Origin: Eledone cirrhosa
Taxonomy: Eukaryota
Assembly: GCA_964016885.1 (NCBI GenBank)
Contig: OZ024750.1
Coordinates: 53,692,001-53,756,000, forward strand
Direction: 5' to 3'
Length of the DNA stretch: 64,000 nucleotides
The translations under genes and the position numbers were made by a program. The notes beneath the pieces were generated by a model. That model worked only from the letters and a program-made list of their open reading frames with translations, was not told where the DNA came from and ran no database searches. Below are positions 41,701 to 54,195 of the stretch, piece after piece. The first letter of the stretch is position 1. Every line of letters starts with the position of its first letter.

Positions 41701-44700
41701 CTGTCTGTGTTCAGGTGTGTCTGTCTGTGTTCAGGTGTGTCTGTCAGTGTTCAGGTGTGTCTGTCTGTGTTCAGGTGTGTCTGTCTGTGTTCAGGTGTGT
41801 CTGTCTGTGTTCAGGTGTGTCTGTCAGTGTTCAGGTGTGTCTGTCTGTGTTCAGGTGTGTCTGTCTGTGTTCAGGTGTGTCTGTCAGTGTTCAAGTGTGT
41901 CTGTTTGTGTTCAGGTGTGTCTGTCTGTGTTCAGGTGTGTCTGTCTGTGTTCAGGTGTGTCTGTCTGTGTTCAGGTGTGTCTGTCTGTGTTCAGGTGTGT
42001 CTGTCAGTGTTCAGGTGTGTCTGTCAGTGTTCAAGTGTGTCTGTCTGTGTTCAGGTGTGTCTGTCAGTGTTCAAGTGTGTCTGTCTGTGTGTTCAAGTGT
42101 GTCTGTCTGTGTTCAGGTGTGTCTGTCTGTGTTCAGGTGTGTCTGTCTGTGTGTTCAAGTGTGTCTGTCTGTGTGTTCAGGTGTGCCTGTCTGTGTTCAG
42201 GTGTCTCTGTCTGTGTTCAGGTGTGTCTGTCTGTGTTCAGGTGTGTCTGTCTGTGTGTTCAGGTGTGTCTGTCAGTGTTCAGGTGTGTCTGTCAGTGTTC
42301 AGGTGTGTCTGTCGGTGTTCAGGTGTGTCTGTCTGTGTTCAGGTGTGTCTGTCTGTGTTCAAGTGCGTCTGTCTGTGTGTTCAAGTGTGTCTGTCTGTGT
42401 ATTCAGGTGTGTCTGTCTGTGTTCAAGTGTGTCTGTCTGTGTTCAAGTGTGTCTGTCTGTGTGTTCAGGTGTGTCTGTCTGTGTTCAAGTGTGTCTGTCT
42501 GTGTTCAAGTGTGTCTGTCTGTGTTCAAGTGTGTCTGTCTGTGTGTTCAGGTTTTTCTGTCTGTGTGTTCAGGTTTTTCTGTCTGTGTGTTCAGGTGTGT
42601 CTGTCTGTGTTCAGGTGTGTCTGTCTGTGTTCAGGTGTGTCTGTCTGTGTTCAGGTGTGTCTGTCTGTGTTCAGGTGTGTCTGTCTGTGTTCAGGTGTGT
42701 CTGTCAGTGTTCAGGTGTGTCTGTCTGTGTTCAGGTGTGTCTGTCAGTGTTCAGGTGTGTCTGTCAGTGTTCAGGTGTGTCTGTCTGTGTTCAAGTGTGT
42801 CTGTCTGTGTTCAGGTGTGTCTGTCTGTGTTCAGGTGTGTCTGTCTGTGTTCAGGTGTGTCTGTCAGTGTTCAGGTGTGTCTGTCTGTGTTCAGGTGTGT
42901 CTGTCTGTGTTCAGGTGTGTCTGTCTGTGTTCAGGTGTGTCTGTCTGTGTTCAGGTGTGTCTGTCTGTGTTCAGGTGTGTCTGTCAGTGTTCAGGTGTGT
43001 CTGTCTGTGTTCAGGTGTGTCTGTCAGTGTTCAGGTGTGTCTGTCAGTGTTCAGGTGTGTCTGTCTGTGTTCAAGTGTGTCTGTCTGTGTTCAGGTGTGT
43101 CTGTCTGTGTTCAGGTGTGTCTGTCTGTGTTCAGGTGTGTCTGTCTGTGTTCAGGTGTGTCTGTCAGTGTTCAGGTGTGTCTGTCTGTGTTCAGGTGTGT
43201 CTGTCTGTGTTCAGGTGTGTCTGTCTGTGTTCAGGTGTGTCTGTCTGTGTTCAGGTGTGTCTGTCTGTGTTCAGGTGTGTCTGTCAGTGTTCAGGTGTGT
43301 CTGTCAGTGTTCAGGTGTGTCTGTCTGTGTTCAGGTGTGTCTGTCTGTGTTCAGGTGTGTCTGTCAGTGTTCAGGTGTGTCTGTCAGTGTTCAAGTGTGT
43401 CTGTCTGTGTTCAGGTGTGTCTGTCTGTGTTCAGGTGTGTCTGTCTGTGTTCAGGTGTGTCTGTCAGTGTTCAGGTGTGTCTGTCTGTGTTCAGGTGTGT
43501 CTGTCAGTGTTCAAGTGTGTCTGTCTGTGTGTTCAAGTGTGTCTGTCTGTGTTCAGGTGTGTCTGTCTGTGTTCAGGTGTGTCTGTCTGTGTGTTCAAGT
43601 GTGTCTGTCTGTGTGTTCAGGTGTGTCTGTCTGTGTTCAAGTGTGTCTGTCTGTGTGTTCAAGTGTGTCTGTCTGTGTTCAGGTGTGTCTGTCTGTGTTC
43701 AGGTGTGTCTGTCTGTGTTCAAGTGTGTCTGTCTGTGTTCAAGTGTGTCTGTCTGTGTGTTCAGGTGTGTCTGTCTGTGTGTTCAGGTGTGTCTGTCTGT
43801 GTTCAGGTGTGTCTGTCTGTGTTCAGGTGTGTCTGTCTGTGTGTTCAGGTGTGTCTGTCAGTGTTCAGGTGTGTCTGTCGGTGTTCAGGTGTGTCTGTCG
43901 GTGTTCAGGTGTGTCTGTCTGTGTTCAGGTGTGTCTGTCTGTGTTCAAGTGCGTCTGTCTGTGTGTTCAAGTGTGTCTGTCTGTGTATTCAGGTGTGTCT
44001 GTCTGTGTTCAGGTGTGTCTGTCTGTGTTCAAGTGTGTCTGTCTGTGTTCAAGTGTGTCTGTCTGTGTTCAAGTGTGTCTGTCTGTGTTCAGGTGTGTCT
44101 GTCTGTGTTCAGGTGTGTCTGTCTGTGTTCAGGTGTGTCTGTCTGTGTTCAGGTGTGTCTGTCAGTGTTCAGGTGTGTCTGTCTGTGTTCAGGTGTGTCT
44201 GTCAGTGTTCAAGTGTGTCTGTCTGTGTTCAGGTGTGTCTGTCAGTGTTCAGGTGTGTCTGTCTGTGTTCAGGTGTGTCTGTCTGTGTTCAGGTGTGTCT
44301 GTCTGTGTTCAGGTGTGTCTGTCTGTGTTCAGGTGTGTCTGTCTGTGTTCAGGTGTGTCTGTCAGTGTTCAGGTGTGTCTGTCAGTGTTCAAGTGTGTCT
44401 GTCTGTGTTCAGGTGTGTCTGTCTGTGTTCAGGTGTGTCTGTCTGTGTTCAGGTGTGTCTGTCTGTGTTCAGGTGTGTCTGTCAGTGTTCAGGTGTGTCT
44501 GTCTGTGTTCAGGTGTGTCTGTCTGTGTGTTCAGGTGTGTCTGTCTGTGTGTTCAGGTGTGTCTGTCTGTGTTCAGGTGTGTCTGTCTGTGTTCAAGTGT
44601 GTCTGTCTGTGTTCAAGTGTGTCTGTCTGTGTTCAAGTGTGTCTGTCTGTGTGGTCAGGTGTGTCTGTCTGTGGTGTGTCTGTCTGTGTTCAAGTGTGTC

Positions 44701-45378
44701 TGTCTGTGTGGTCAGGTGTGTCTGTCTGTGTTCAGTTCTGTCTGTCTGTCTGTGTGTTCAGGTGTGTCTGTCTGTGTTCAAGTGTGTCTGTCTGTGTTCA
44801 AGTGTGTCTGTCTGTGTTCAGGTGTGTCTGTGTGTTCAGGTGTGTCTGTCAGTGTTCAGGTGTGTCTGTCTGTGTTCAGGTGTGTCTGTCAGTGTTCAGG
44901 TGTGTCTGTCTGTGTGTTCAGGTGTGTCTGTCTGTGTTCAGGTGTGTCTGTCTGTGTGTTCAGGTGTGTCTGTCTGTGTTCAGGTGTGTCTGTCTGTGTG
45001 TTCAGGTGTGTCTGTTTGTGTTCAGGTGTGTCTGTCAGTGTTCAGGTGTGTCTGTCTGTGTTCAGGTGTGTCTGTCTGTGTGTTCAGGCGTGTCTGTCTG
45101 TGTGTTCAGGTGTGTCTGTCTGTGTTCAGGTGTGTCTGTCTGTGTGTTCAGGTGTGTCTGTCAGTGTTCAGGTGTGTCTGTCTGTGTTCAGGTGTGTCTG
45201 TCTGTGTGTTCAGGTGTGTCTGTCAGTGTTCAGGTGTGTCTGTCTGTGTTCAGGTGTGTCTGTCAGTGTTCAGGTGTGTCTGTCTGTGTTCAGGTGTGTC
45301 TGTCTGTGTTCAGGTGTGTCTGTCTGTGTGTTCAGGTGTGTCTGTCTGTGTTCAGGTGTGTCTGTCAGTGTTCAGGTG
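38770..45378. repeat. 20-bp (20/22) GT-rich minisatellite, >300 copies (6.6 kb)
   Basis: Unit gtgtgtctgtc(t/a)gtgttca(g/a); lies in the 31.7-kb Trio intron. Confidence 0.98.
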
Positions 45379-47019
45379 TATGTATATGTATGTATGTCAC
45401 AACAGATACACACTCCATTTACAGTAGTTGTATTCATATAACGCCATCACCCTACAAATGTCTATGAGTGTGTCACAGAACCATTATATGATCCTCCAAA
45501 ATTTCTGAACCCCTACTTTATCGACAGTCCACACACCAACCCTCCTGAAGGAGGAGGATACAACACTGATCTGACTATGGATATGCTATAATACCAAACA
45601 GCTGTCCACTAGTATAAGCACTACAACAATAAAAGTTAACTTAGTGAGAGCACTAAAGCCTGAGTGTGGGTAATGAAATGGAGATAGAGATTCCATAATG
45701 TGGATGTGGTAAGAACCTCTCATGTGATAGGATCACAGAAAAATAGACCAGTATACTATGTAAAGTGTTTTGCATTAGAAAAGGTATCCAGCTTTAGAAA
45801 CCATATCAGATATGTAATGTATGAGGTCATTGTTATTTATCTTGTCTTGGATCTTGGCAACATGTCCAACCGATGCCAGTATGGAGAGTGAACATGTAAG
45901 GATGTTGATGAATGAAACAAAAATTAATTAGAAGAGAGAATTTATTCATAAAAATGTTTAATTAAATTTTATTGAAAGATATCAGCATTTATTTCTGCCA
46001 AACACTATGATTCCTTGGAAGCATTCTGGGGAAACACTGCCTACAACAAGATCTTGCCACTGTGTGTTATGTAATACAACAACTTGTGACTGTCTACAAC
46101 TCTGAATTCAAATCCCAGAGGTCAACTTTGACTTTCATCTGTTCAAGGTTGATAAATAAAAAAAGAAATAAGGCGAAATATCAATTCCAAGTTAGTGAAT
46201 TGTCCAAGAGTCAAACAAGTTGTTTTGTGGAATCTGATCTGGCTTGGTATATTCTGAGTTCAAATCCCACTTCCTTCTGCTAGGAATTGTGGCCACCAGA
46301 TAGTATCAGCAATGGATAACCCAGTGGAACCAGCTTCTTTGGTCCAATTTGATAATCAGATCCTTCTTATGAGAAATAATGAGTATGCTGAAGTTCATTG
46401 TATGTCTATGTTGCTACAATATTTAATGTCAATACTTAATAGTTAATGTTCGGCTCATGATCTCACCAGTCCCTACTGACACATTGTGTCCTTCAGCAAG
46501 ACATATTAGTTCACATTTCTCCAATCAGCTCAGCTGGAAAAAAATTAGTTGTACTAGTAATTAAAAAAAAACCAGCCATGTCACATACTGTGCCATGCTG
46601 AATCTCCCTGAGAACTACATTAAAAGTAAATGTGTCTGTAGAATGCTCAGCCACTTGCATGTTATTTTGACGAGTAGGTTCTGTTGATAAAACAACTGGA
46701 ACACTTGTCATGGTAACCAGCAAAGGCCCAACAAACAAAACAATTTTTTAATTTGGTTAAATATGCAAGTTTGGTGTCCAGTTCGGATTTGAATAAAAAC
46801 TATAAATATTGTTTGAAATTGGGCAGGGAAATGGGTGGGACATGTGATGAGAGGATGTTGATCTGGAAAGATTTGAGCAAAGGTGGGTGGGTCTTGGTAG
46901 GTTTGGCAGGTCCAGTTGTAAAGTAAAATAGACTATCATGTGGGTGAGGTTGGGGTGTTTGGAGGGGGTCCTGTAGGAAGACAGATGTTGAGAAAAATAA
47001 TGAAGGTGGTAGGGGTGGG

Positions 47020-47342
47020 AGTGGTGGTGTTGGTGGAAGTGGGGGTTGATGTTGGTGGTTGTGGTGTTGGTAGTGGGCTCGATGTTGGTGGTTGTGGTGT
47101 TGGTACTGGTAGTGGTGTTGATGTTGGTGGTTGTGGTGTTGGTAGTGGGCTCGATGTTGGTGGTTGTGGTGTTGGTACTGGTAGTGGTGTTGATGTTGGT
47201 GGTTGTGGTGTTGGTAGTGGTGGTTGTGGTGTTGGTACTGGTAGTGGTGTTGATGTTGGTGGTTGTGGTGTTGGTACTGGTAGTGGTGTTGATGTTGGTG
47301 GTTGTGGTGTTGGTAGTGGTGTTGATGTTGGCGGTTGTTGTG
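47020..47342. repeat. GGT-rich 33/39-bp tandem repeat
   Basis: gatgttggtggttgtggtgttggta(ctggta)gtggtgtt units. Confidence 0.9.
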
Positions 47343-47449
47343 TAATCATTTCTGATTTAACATGTATTTAGAATATAATCTCGGGTTTCAGTGGCTCTTT
47401 ATATATGGTGGCTTCTCTCACCATGACAAATGAGGGTTCAGCAAAGATT

Positions 47450-48540
47450 TTATTTTGTTTTTAAATAGAAAAAATGTTTAGTGTGTCTAAATTCCATGAA
47501 TTCACATATGTCTCTTGAGACCTGCAGTTGTCCTGATTACCTTTTGACAGATAGAGCACGTCATTGACTCATTCTTCCCCATGAGTATATGGATCACCCA
47601 CCATATGGTTCCTTGAATGGACTGCAAGGCCTGCTTTGCAATAAAACCATGGTGGCAAGTAAGGTTGTCATTTTGAGAGGCAGCATGCTGCCAGCTCACC
47701 TAGATATTTACAAGTAATCACAGTGTTCAAGTTGGCCCTACCTTTCAATAGATGAAAAGCAGCACTGGCACCAGATCTTGTTCTGATGCTTTTTTCTCCA
47801 ACAAAGAGAAGGGACTGTTGCATGGTTGCAGATTGTCCTTGAATTTCTCTTTGAAGTGAAAGAGTGGTCTTCCAACTGGCTTGCCTGTCAGAATCTGTCC
47901 AAAAAACAGCAGCTTAGGAAGTCTGCTATCACATGAGAAAGATGCTCTGCCCACCTCAGCTGGACTTCCATGAGGACAGCTTCAATGACTGATATGTTGC
48001 ATTTAGTCAGAACCTCATTGTTTCTAATGTGATTAGTTTTATGTTGCAGATGTAAACATCAAACTGGTTGATGTGCTTTCGGTATAGAGTCCATAGAGTA
48101 GCAATATCAGTACTACCGACCTGTACACATCAATTTTCACCTTTAAAGAGACATCGTTCCAAAATCTGTGGTAAAGCCTACTGAAGGCAGAGGTAACCTT
48201 CCCAATCCTGCATTCTCTTTCTTAGTTCATCTTTGCATCATTGGATACAATGGAGTCAAGATAGGTGAAGTAGGAAACAGTTTTCAAGGCCTCTCCATTG
48301 AAACAGTAGAAACAACAGTGGGAGGATAGTTGTGGGCTGATGGAGAAGCTCTGTTTATTTCATACTGATGGTCAGCTTTAGACACATGAGAGGAGTTGTG
48401 CACAGTCATCTGCAAAGAGCAGGTCACCAGCAGTTTGCACTATGGTCTTCGTTCCTGCTTTGTAGTGTTGTTGGTTGAATAAGCCACTATTTGTTTTATA
48501 TTCAAACCTCACTCACTCGTTGACATTCTCTGCGTCAGGT
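47450..48540 (-). mobile_element. Decayed RTE/BovB-like LINE, RT end to C-terminal zinc finger
   Basis: Minus strand: GLFNQQHYKAGTKT..DLLFADDC..FTYLDSIVSNDA..IEAVLMEVQLRW..RLPKLLFFG..GRP..TCSICQKVIRTTAGLKRHM. Confidence 0.8.
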
Positions 48541-48584
48541 CGCTTTTGAGTACTACTGTTGACTTGTAACCCAGTACAACCTCT

Positions 48585-49330
48585 GTTGCATGGTTGGGTC
48601 ATCGGCGACTAAAGAGACAACTCACCAAGCTAGCAAAGGGTGTAGGAACTCAGGAGAGTCAATGGCCATCAAAAAGAAACTTGCAATCACTTTAGCATCT
48701 GGCACACTGCACACCTGCACAGGTAAATACTATCTGGATGAAGAGAGTGTGCATTGCGCTGCTCAAGCAATGACCACTATAAATAAGTGATGTGCAGGTA
48801 GCTCAGTAAATACCATAAACAACAATGACTATGCTCCTACCATCAAGTCCAGTGATGAAACTAAGGAGCAGTTCTGAGTTACAGTCATTTGAGAAGTATT
48901 TCCATCCATGATAAACTCCTTCTGTGGGGTGATTTCAATGTACGTGTGGGCTGCGATACATCACCATGGGGTAGTGTGGTTGGGAATCATGGAGTTGGCA
49001 AAGCCAACTCAAATGACCACTTGTTGCTATCCCTTTGTAGCAAGTATGGACTGTTGATTACCATGACAATCATCCAGCTTTCTAGCTACCACAAAATCAA
49101 AACCACTATCTTAATGATTATGTGATTGTGAGATCCTCCGTTAGGAATGATATACAAATGACATGTTCTTACTCAATTGGTGAGTGTTGGTCTGACTATA
49201 GACTAATACAATCCAAGGTCAGCTTCACTATCTGTAGTCCGGCTTGTAAAAATCACACTCAACTAACTCCAGCAGTAGCTGTACAAAATCTCAACAACAC
49301 TAACAATATCAAAGCATTTCAAACTGTCTG
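48585..49330 (+). mobile_element. Decayed RTE 5' region with AP-endonuclease domain
   Basis: YAPTIKSSDETKEQF..LLLWGDFNVRVG..HGVGKANSND..DYVIVRSS..CWSDYRLI (APE motifs). Confidence 0.8.
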
Positions 49331-49352
49331 AGATAGTGGGCTTGTTGTTGTC

Positions 49353-49392
<40 letters not shown>

Positions 49393-49954
49393 CATACACT
49401 GTCTGAAGACAGCGAATTTACAGAGTTAAGATGATTGTAAAAGTACTGCAGTATTTGTTCTACTTCAGTGTTCTGAGGTCAACTTTGTATTTCATCGTTT
49501 CAAGGTCAATAAAGTTGCAATTCAATATAAGAACAACATATATCATCATTTAATGCCCATGTTCCACGCTAACATGGGTTAGTATATATAAAGAAGGGGG
49601 TTAGGAGGACCCTTCACTTTGTGTCAAAAGACACAACATCTTCTCTGCACTTGATAATGACCAGATATTAGTGGGATACATACCTCAGTCTGTGTGGGAT
49701 GTCAGTGGTCTGCTCCCTGACTTAGACCTGTCGAACCCTTGCTAGCAGGGAAAGTGAACGTTAAATGATGGTGATATATATATATATGTATGAGTGTGTG
49801 TGTATATATATGTATGTCATTTAGCAGAATGGTTTGGAGTACTCAGCCAGAGTTTGAGAGGTACTGAGATCTATTCTTTATTCTTTGACCACTTTTTTCT
49901 GTCTATAGGAGTATTTCACACAATATTCTAAGCTACAATTTATAGCAATCAACT

Positions 49955-50855
49955 TATTTTAACATCCATCTTCCACGCTAGCATGGGTTTGATGGTTTTG
50001 TTCCACTCGATGCGGGAATAGTTGGGATACCATGTCTTGTTCGTACGGAAGTGTCTCTGGCAGGTTTTTTTTACAGCTGGATGCCCTTCCTAACACCAAC
50101 CACATTTACAGTGTGGACTGGGAGCCTTTTCACCGTGTCTCCTACACGGCCACCTTACAGTGTGGACTGTTGTGTCATCGACAGTGGACGGAACGGGAGA
50201 GGGAGGATGAGGTGGGGTGTACATTGGGTTATGAGGTGCCTACTGACTGTAGGTTTGTATGCAATGGCAGTCGGGTCTTCTGTATTACTGCATGGCACCA
50301 AAGGTCTCAATCCAGTGACATTGTCTTAGAGAGATGTAGGTGGGCAAGGTCAGTTTTTATCACCTCGTCCCAGAATTTTCTTGGTCTACCCACTCCGCAG
50401 CTTCCATCAATGTTCATTGGCCTGCACTTTTTTATACTGTCGTCCTTCATACGCATCACATGTTCATACCAACACAATCTCCTCTCCAGAACACAACATT
50501 TGATACCTCTTATGCTTAGTCTTCCTCTTAGTTCATTTATGCTTCGCCCCTCATTTCCTTCTAATCTACTCAGGTCTTCAGCACACAATGCCCATATCTC
50601 ACTGCCATGTAACATTGCTGTCCATATACAGGCATCATACAATCTGCCTTTCATTTTTAGAGAAAAACCCCTTGTGGCCAACAGTGGTATTAACTCTCTG
50701 AACTTTTTCTATCCCATTCTAACTCTGGCTACTACACTTTCAGAGCACCCTCCTCCACTGCTGATTTTGTCACCCAGTTAATGGAAGGTATCTACTATTT
50801 CTATAGAACGATCTGGGCAGTTGAAGGAGATATCATCCAGTGGGTCCTTGCTATT
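49955..50855 (-). mobile_element. RTE LINE 3' fragment
   Basis: KMKGRLYDACIWTAMLHGSEIW..RLCWYEHVMRM..GRPRKFW plus 3' UTR. Confidence 0.88.
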
Positions 50856-51510
50856 TACATATAAAATCTACATTCTTAGATAGCTTACCTGTGATCCCAC
50901 TACATCTTTTATATACCCATAGTTTGCATTTTTGTATATATATATATATATATATAATATACACACACACACACATTATGTATTCTAACCATGCACATGT
51001 AAAATGCAACTAAAAGGGTTGGAGTCAGGTAGGGTATTTGGTTGTAAAACATTGCCTCAAAATGTTCCGTGTAATCCATACCAGCATGGAAAAGTCTTAT
51101 GTATAAACAGATACACATAGCATATAAATGTATTTGTGTGTGTGTGTGCACTAATATAAATGTATGTGTGTGTGTGCACACATATAAATGTATTTGTGTG
51201 TGTGTGCACACGTATAAATGTATGTGTGTGCACACATAAATTCATAAATGCCAGTACATATATTGAAATGCACTTTGATTTGTTAAATTTACTGAATGGA
51301 ACCTACAATAAATCCAGGATTATGATATATGTGTATGTATATACATACACATATATATATATATAGAGACCCATGCTAGCGTGGAAGATGGACGTTAAAC
51401 GATGATGATAATATGTGTGTGTCTGTATATACATACATACATATATATATATATATATGTGTCTGTATATATAGACACACATAATATATATATATATATA
51501 TATATATGTG

Positions 51511-52412
51511 TCATCATCATCATCGTTTAACGTCCATGTTCCATGCTTGCATGGGTTTGGACGGGAGTTTTCCCACTTGAGGCAAGAGTGGTTGTCTTGC
51601 TCGCATAGGACTGTCTGGCGGGCTTTCTACAGCTGGATGCCCTTCCTAATACCAACCACATTTACAGTGTGGGGCTGGGAGGTTTTTACCGTGTTGCCTA
51701 CACGGCCACATTACAGCGTGGACTGTGTGTTTTTTGTCGTGACACCTACACGATCTCATTTGTTTCGGCCTGGATGTTGTGGCATCAACATAACTTTACA
51801 TTGAAAGGGGCGGTGTGGAGGTGGTGGGACGGGGGTGTATTTTGTTAGAGATGCCTACTGGCTGTAGTAGGTTTTACTTTGTATTTAGGTAAGGCGGGTC
51901 TTCTCTATTACTGAGTACCGCCAAAGGTCTCGGTCCAGTGACATTGTCTTGGAGAGGTGTAAGTGTGTGAGGTCGGAATTTATCAGCTCGTCCCAGGTTT
52001 TTCTGGGTCTGCCTACTCCGTGGCTACCATCTATCTTTATTGCCCTGCACTTTGTTATACAGCTGCCGTCTTTCATGCGCATCACGTGACCATACCAACG
52101 TAGCCTTCTCTCGAGTAAACAACATCTGATCCCTCTTATTTCTAATTTTTTCCTTAGTTCGTTTATGCTTTGCCGTTCACGTATATTACTATTACACATC
52201 CAGCGAAGCATGCAAGCTTCGTTCCTCTCTAGTCTGCGTATATCCTCTGCACACAATGCCCAGGTCTCACTGCCATGCAACATTGCTGTCCATATACAGG
52301 CATCATACAACCTGCCTTTCATTTTTAGGGAGAACCCTTTAGCGGCTAATAGTGGTATAAGCTCTCTGAACTTTTTCCATCCAGTTCTGACTCTAGCTAC
52401 TGTACTTACACT
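51511..52412 (-). mobile_element. Young 5'-truncated RTE LINE with (GAT)n tail
   Basis: Open C-terminal ORF (GWKKFRELIPLL..MLHGSETW..RRLRWYGHVMRM..GRPRKTW); near-identical to 58743-59598. Confidence 0.92.
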
Positions 52413-53393
52413 ACTGTATATACATACACACACACATCCTCATAGATGTCTATACATATATTGAAATTTATTGTTTTGATTAGTGATATTTTCTGAATCT
52501 GCCGTAATTCCACAAGTATAAAGCTTGTATTTCATTGGTTTAGAGCCTCAGATATTACATGGATAATTGTCTGCGCTGTAATTTGAGTATGTTTCACTAA
52601 TTGGTGTTTGTTTATGTCTGTCGCTTCTGAAATCTGTCAGAGCATTGCATCTTTTCTGTGTGTGGATATGATCCCTATTTCTATGTTCTCTAGTATGCCC
52701 CCATGTTCCATGTTGGCATGTTGGTGGAGTACTGATGATTTCTCCCCATCTTGGAATTCCTGCCAGTGTTCATCCTTTCTCGTCAGTACTCATCAGCCCA
52801 ACATATATATAATTGCACCTCTCGAGGACACAGGACCGAAATGTATGACATTATGCAGTAAAACAGAAGACCCAAATTCCTACAGGCACAGGCCAAAGTA
52901 TACAACCCGTGAAGCCTCCAACCCACACTGTAAAGTGGTCGTGATAGGACAAATACCCAATGGGCTTTTCTACTGAGAAACACAAATATCATACATAATA
53001 TATATGTTGTAATACCTTAAATTAGTATATATATATATACACACACACACACATATACATGCGTACGCACACATATACTCACATACACACATACATATAC
53101 ATATATATATGCATGCAAACACATATACATAAATATATACATATATAAGCACTTATACATACACATATATGCATATACATATATATAATATACATATACA
53201 TACATATCCCTGCTCTTTAAAATCCCTTGGCCAATGACCTCTACCCATCCCCACAAATCACCACCTTCCCCCATCACCAGTAAACATATAACTGTTTTAC
53301 AATGACAGTTGTCTTTCCTCATGGTTTCTTTTTAATGAAACAGTTCTCATTCTGTAGAAGCCATTTCTATATTAAACATGATATATATATATA

Positions 53394-54140
53394 TCATCAT
53401 CATCATCATCATCATCATCGATTAACGTCTATCTTCCACGCTAGCATGGGTTTAGACAGGTTTGTCCCAATTAGAGGCAAATTGGGCCGGGTGACCGTGT
53501 CTCACTCATATAGGAAAGTTTATGGCTGGATGCCCTTCCTAACGCCAACCACATTTACAGGGTGTTCTGGATACTTTTTGTCATGACACCTACACAATCA
53601 CTTTATAATGTGGACTGGGCACCTTTGTTGTGTCATCGACACAACACACTGGGGACTAGGGAGGGGGGAGATGTGGACAGGGTAGTAGGGGAGGTATGGT
53701 TACCTCTAAGGGAGCTGGTTGAGAGGGGATAACAGGTGTAGGAAGGTGTTGCCTACTAGGTATAAACCTCATCCCGAGAACAATAGAGGGCGGGTCTTCC
53801 GTAAAACTGCATAGCGCCAGACGTCATGGTCCTGAGTTATTGCCTTTGAGAGGTGTAATTGTGTAAGGTCAGCTTTTATTACCTCAGCCCAAGTCTTCCT
53901 AGCCATCGACTTTGAGTACTCTGCACCTTATCATACAGCTGTCATCCTTCATACGCATCACATGTCCATACCAACGCAATCTTCTCTCCTACATGCAACA
54001 TCTGATCCCTCTTAAGCCTAATTTCTCACGCAGTGTATTTATACTTTGCCGTTCACATATGTTGTTATTGCACATCCATTGAAGCATAGAGGCTTCATTT
54101 CTTTCCAATCTTTGCGGGTCCTCAGCACAGCAGCTGGACC
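53394..54140 (-). mobile_element. RTE LINE 3' fragment, related subfamily
   Basis: (CAT)n tail, ccacgctagcatgggtt, and RWYGHVMRMKDDSC on the minus strand. Confidence 0.8.
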
Positions 54141-54195
54141 CATGCCATCAATAATAACAGCAATAGCATTAAATGTATTTAATTTTTGGAGACCA

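Noticed and set aside
38644-45467. 1800-2250 aa Cys/Val-rich ORFs in all three + frames
   Set aside because: The GT-rich 20-mer lacks stop codons and is open in every frame, so this is not coding evidence.
46936-47371. Pro/Thr-rich and Gly/Val-rich ORFs
   Set aside because: Products of a GGT-rich tandem repeat.
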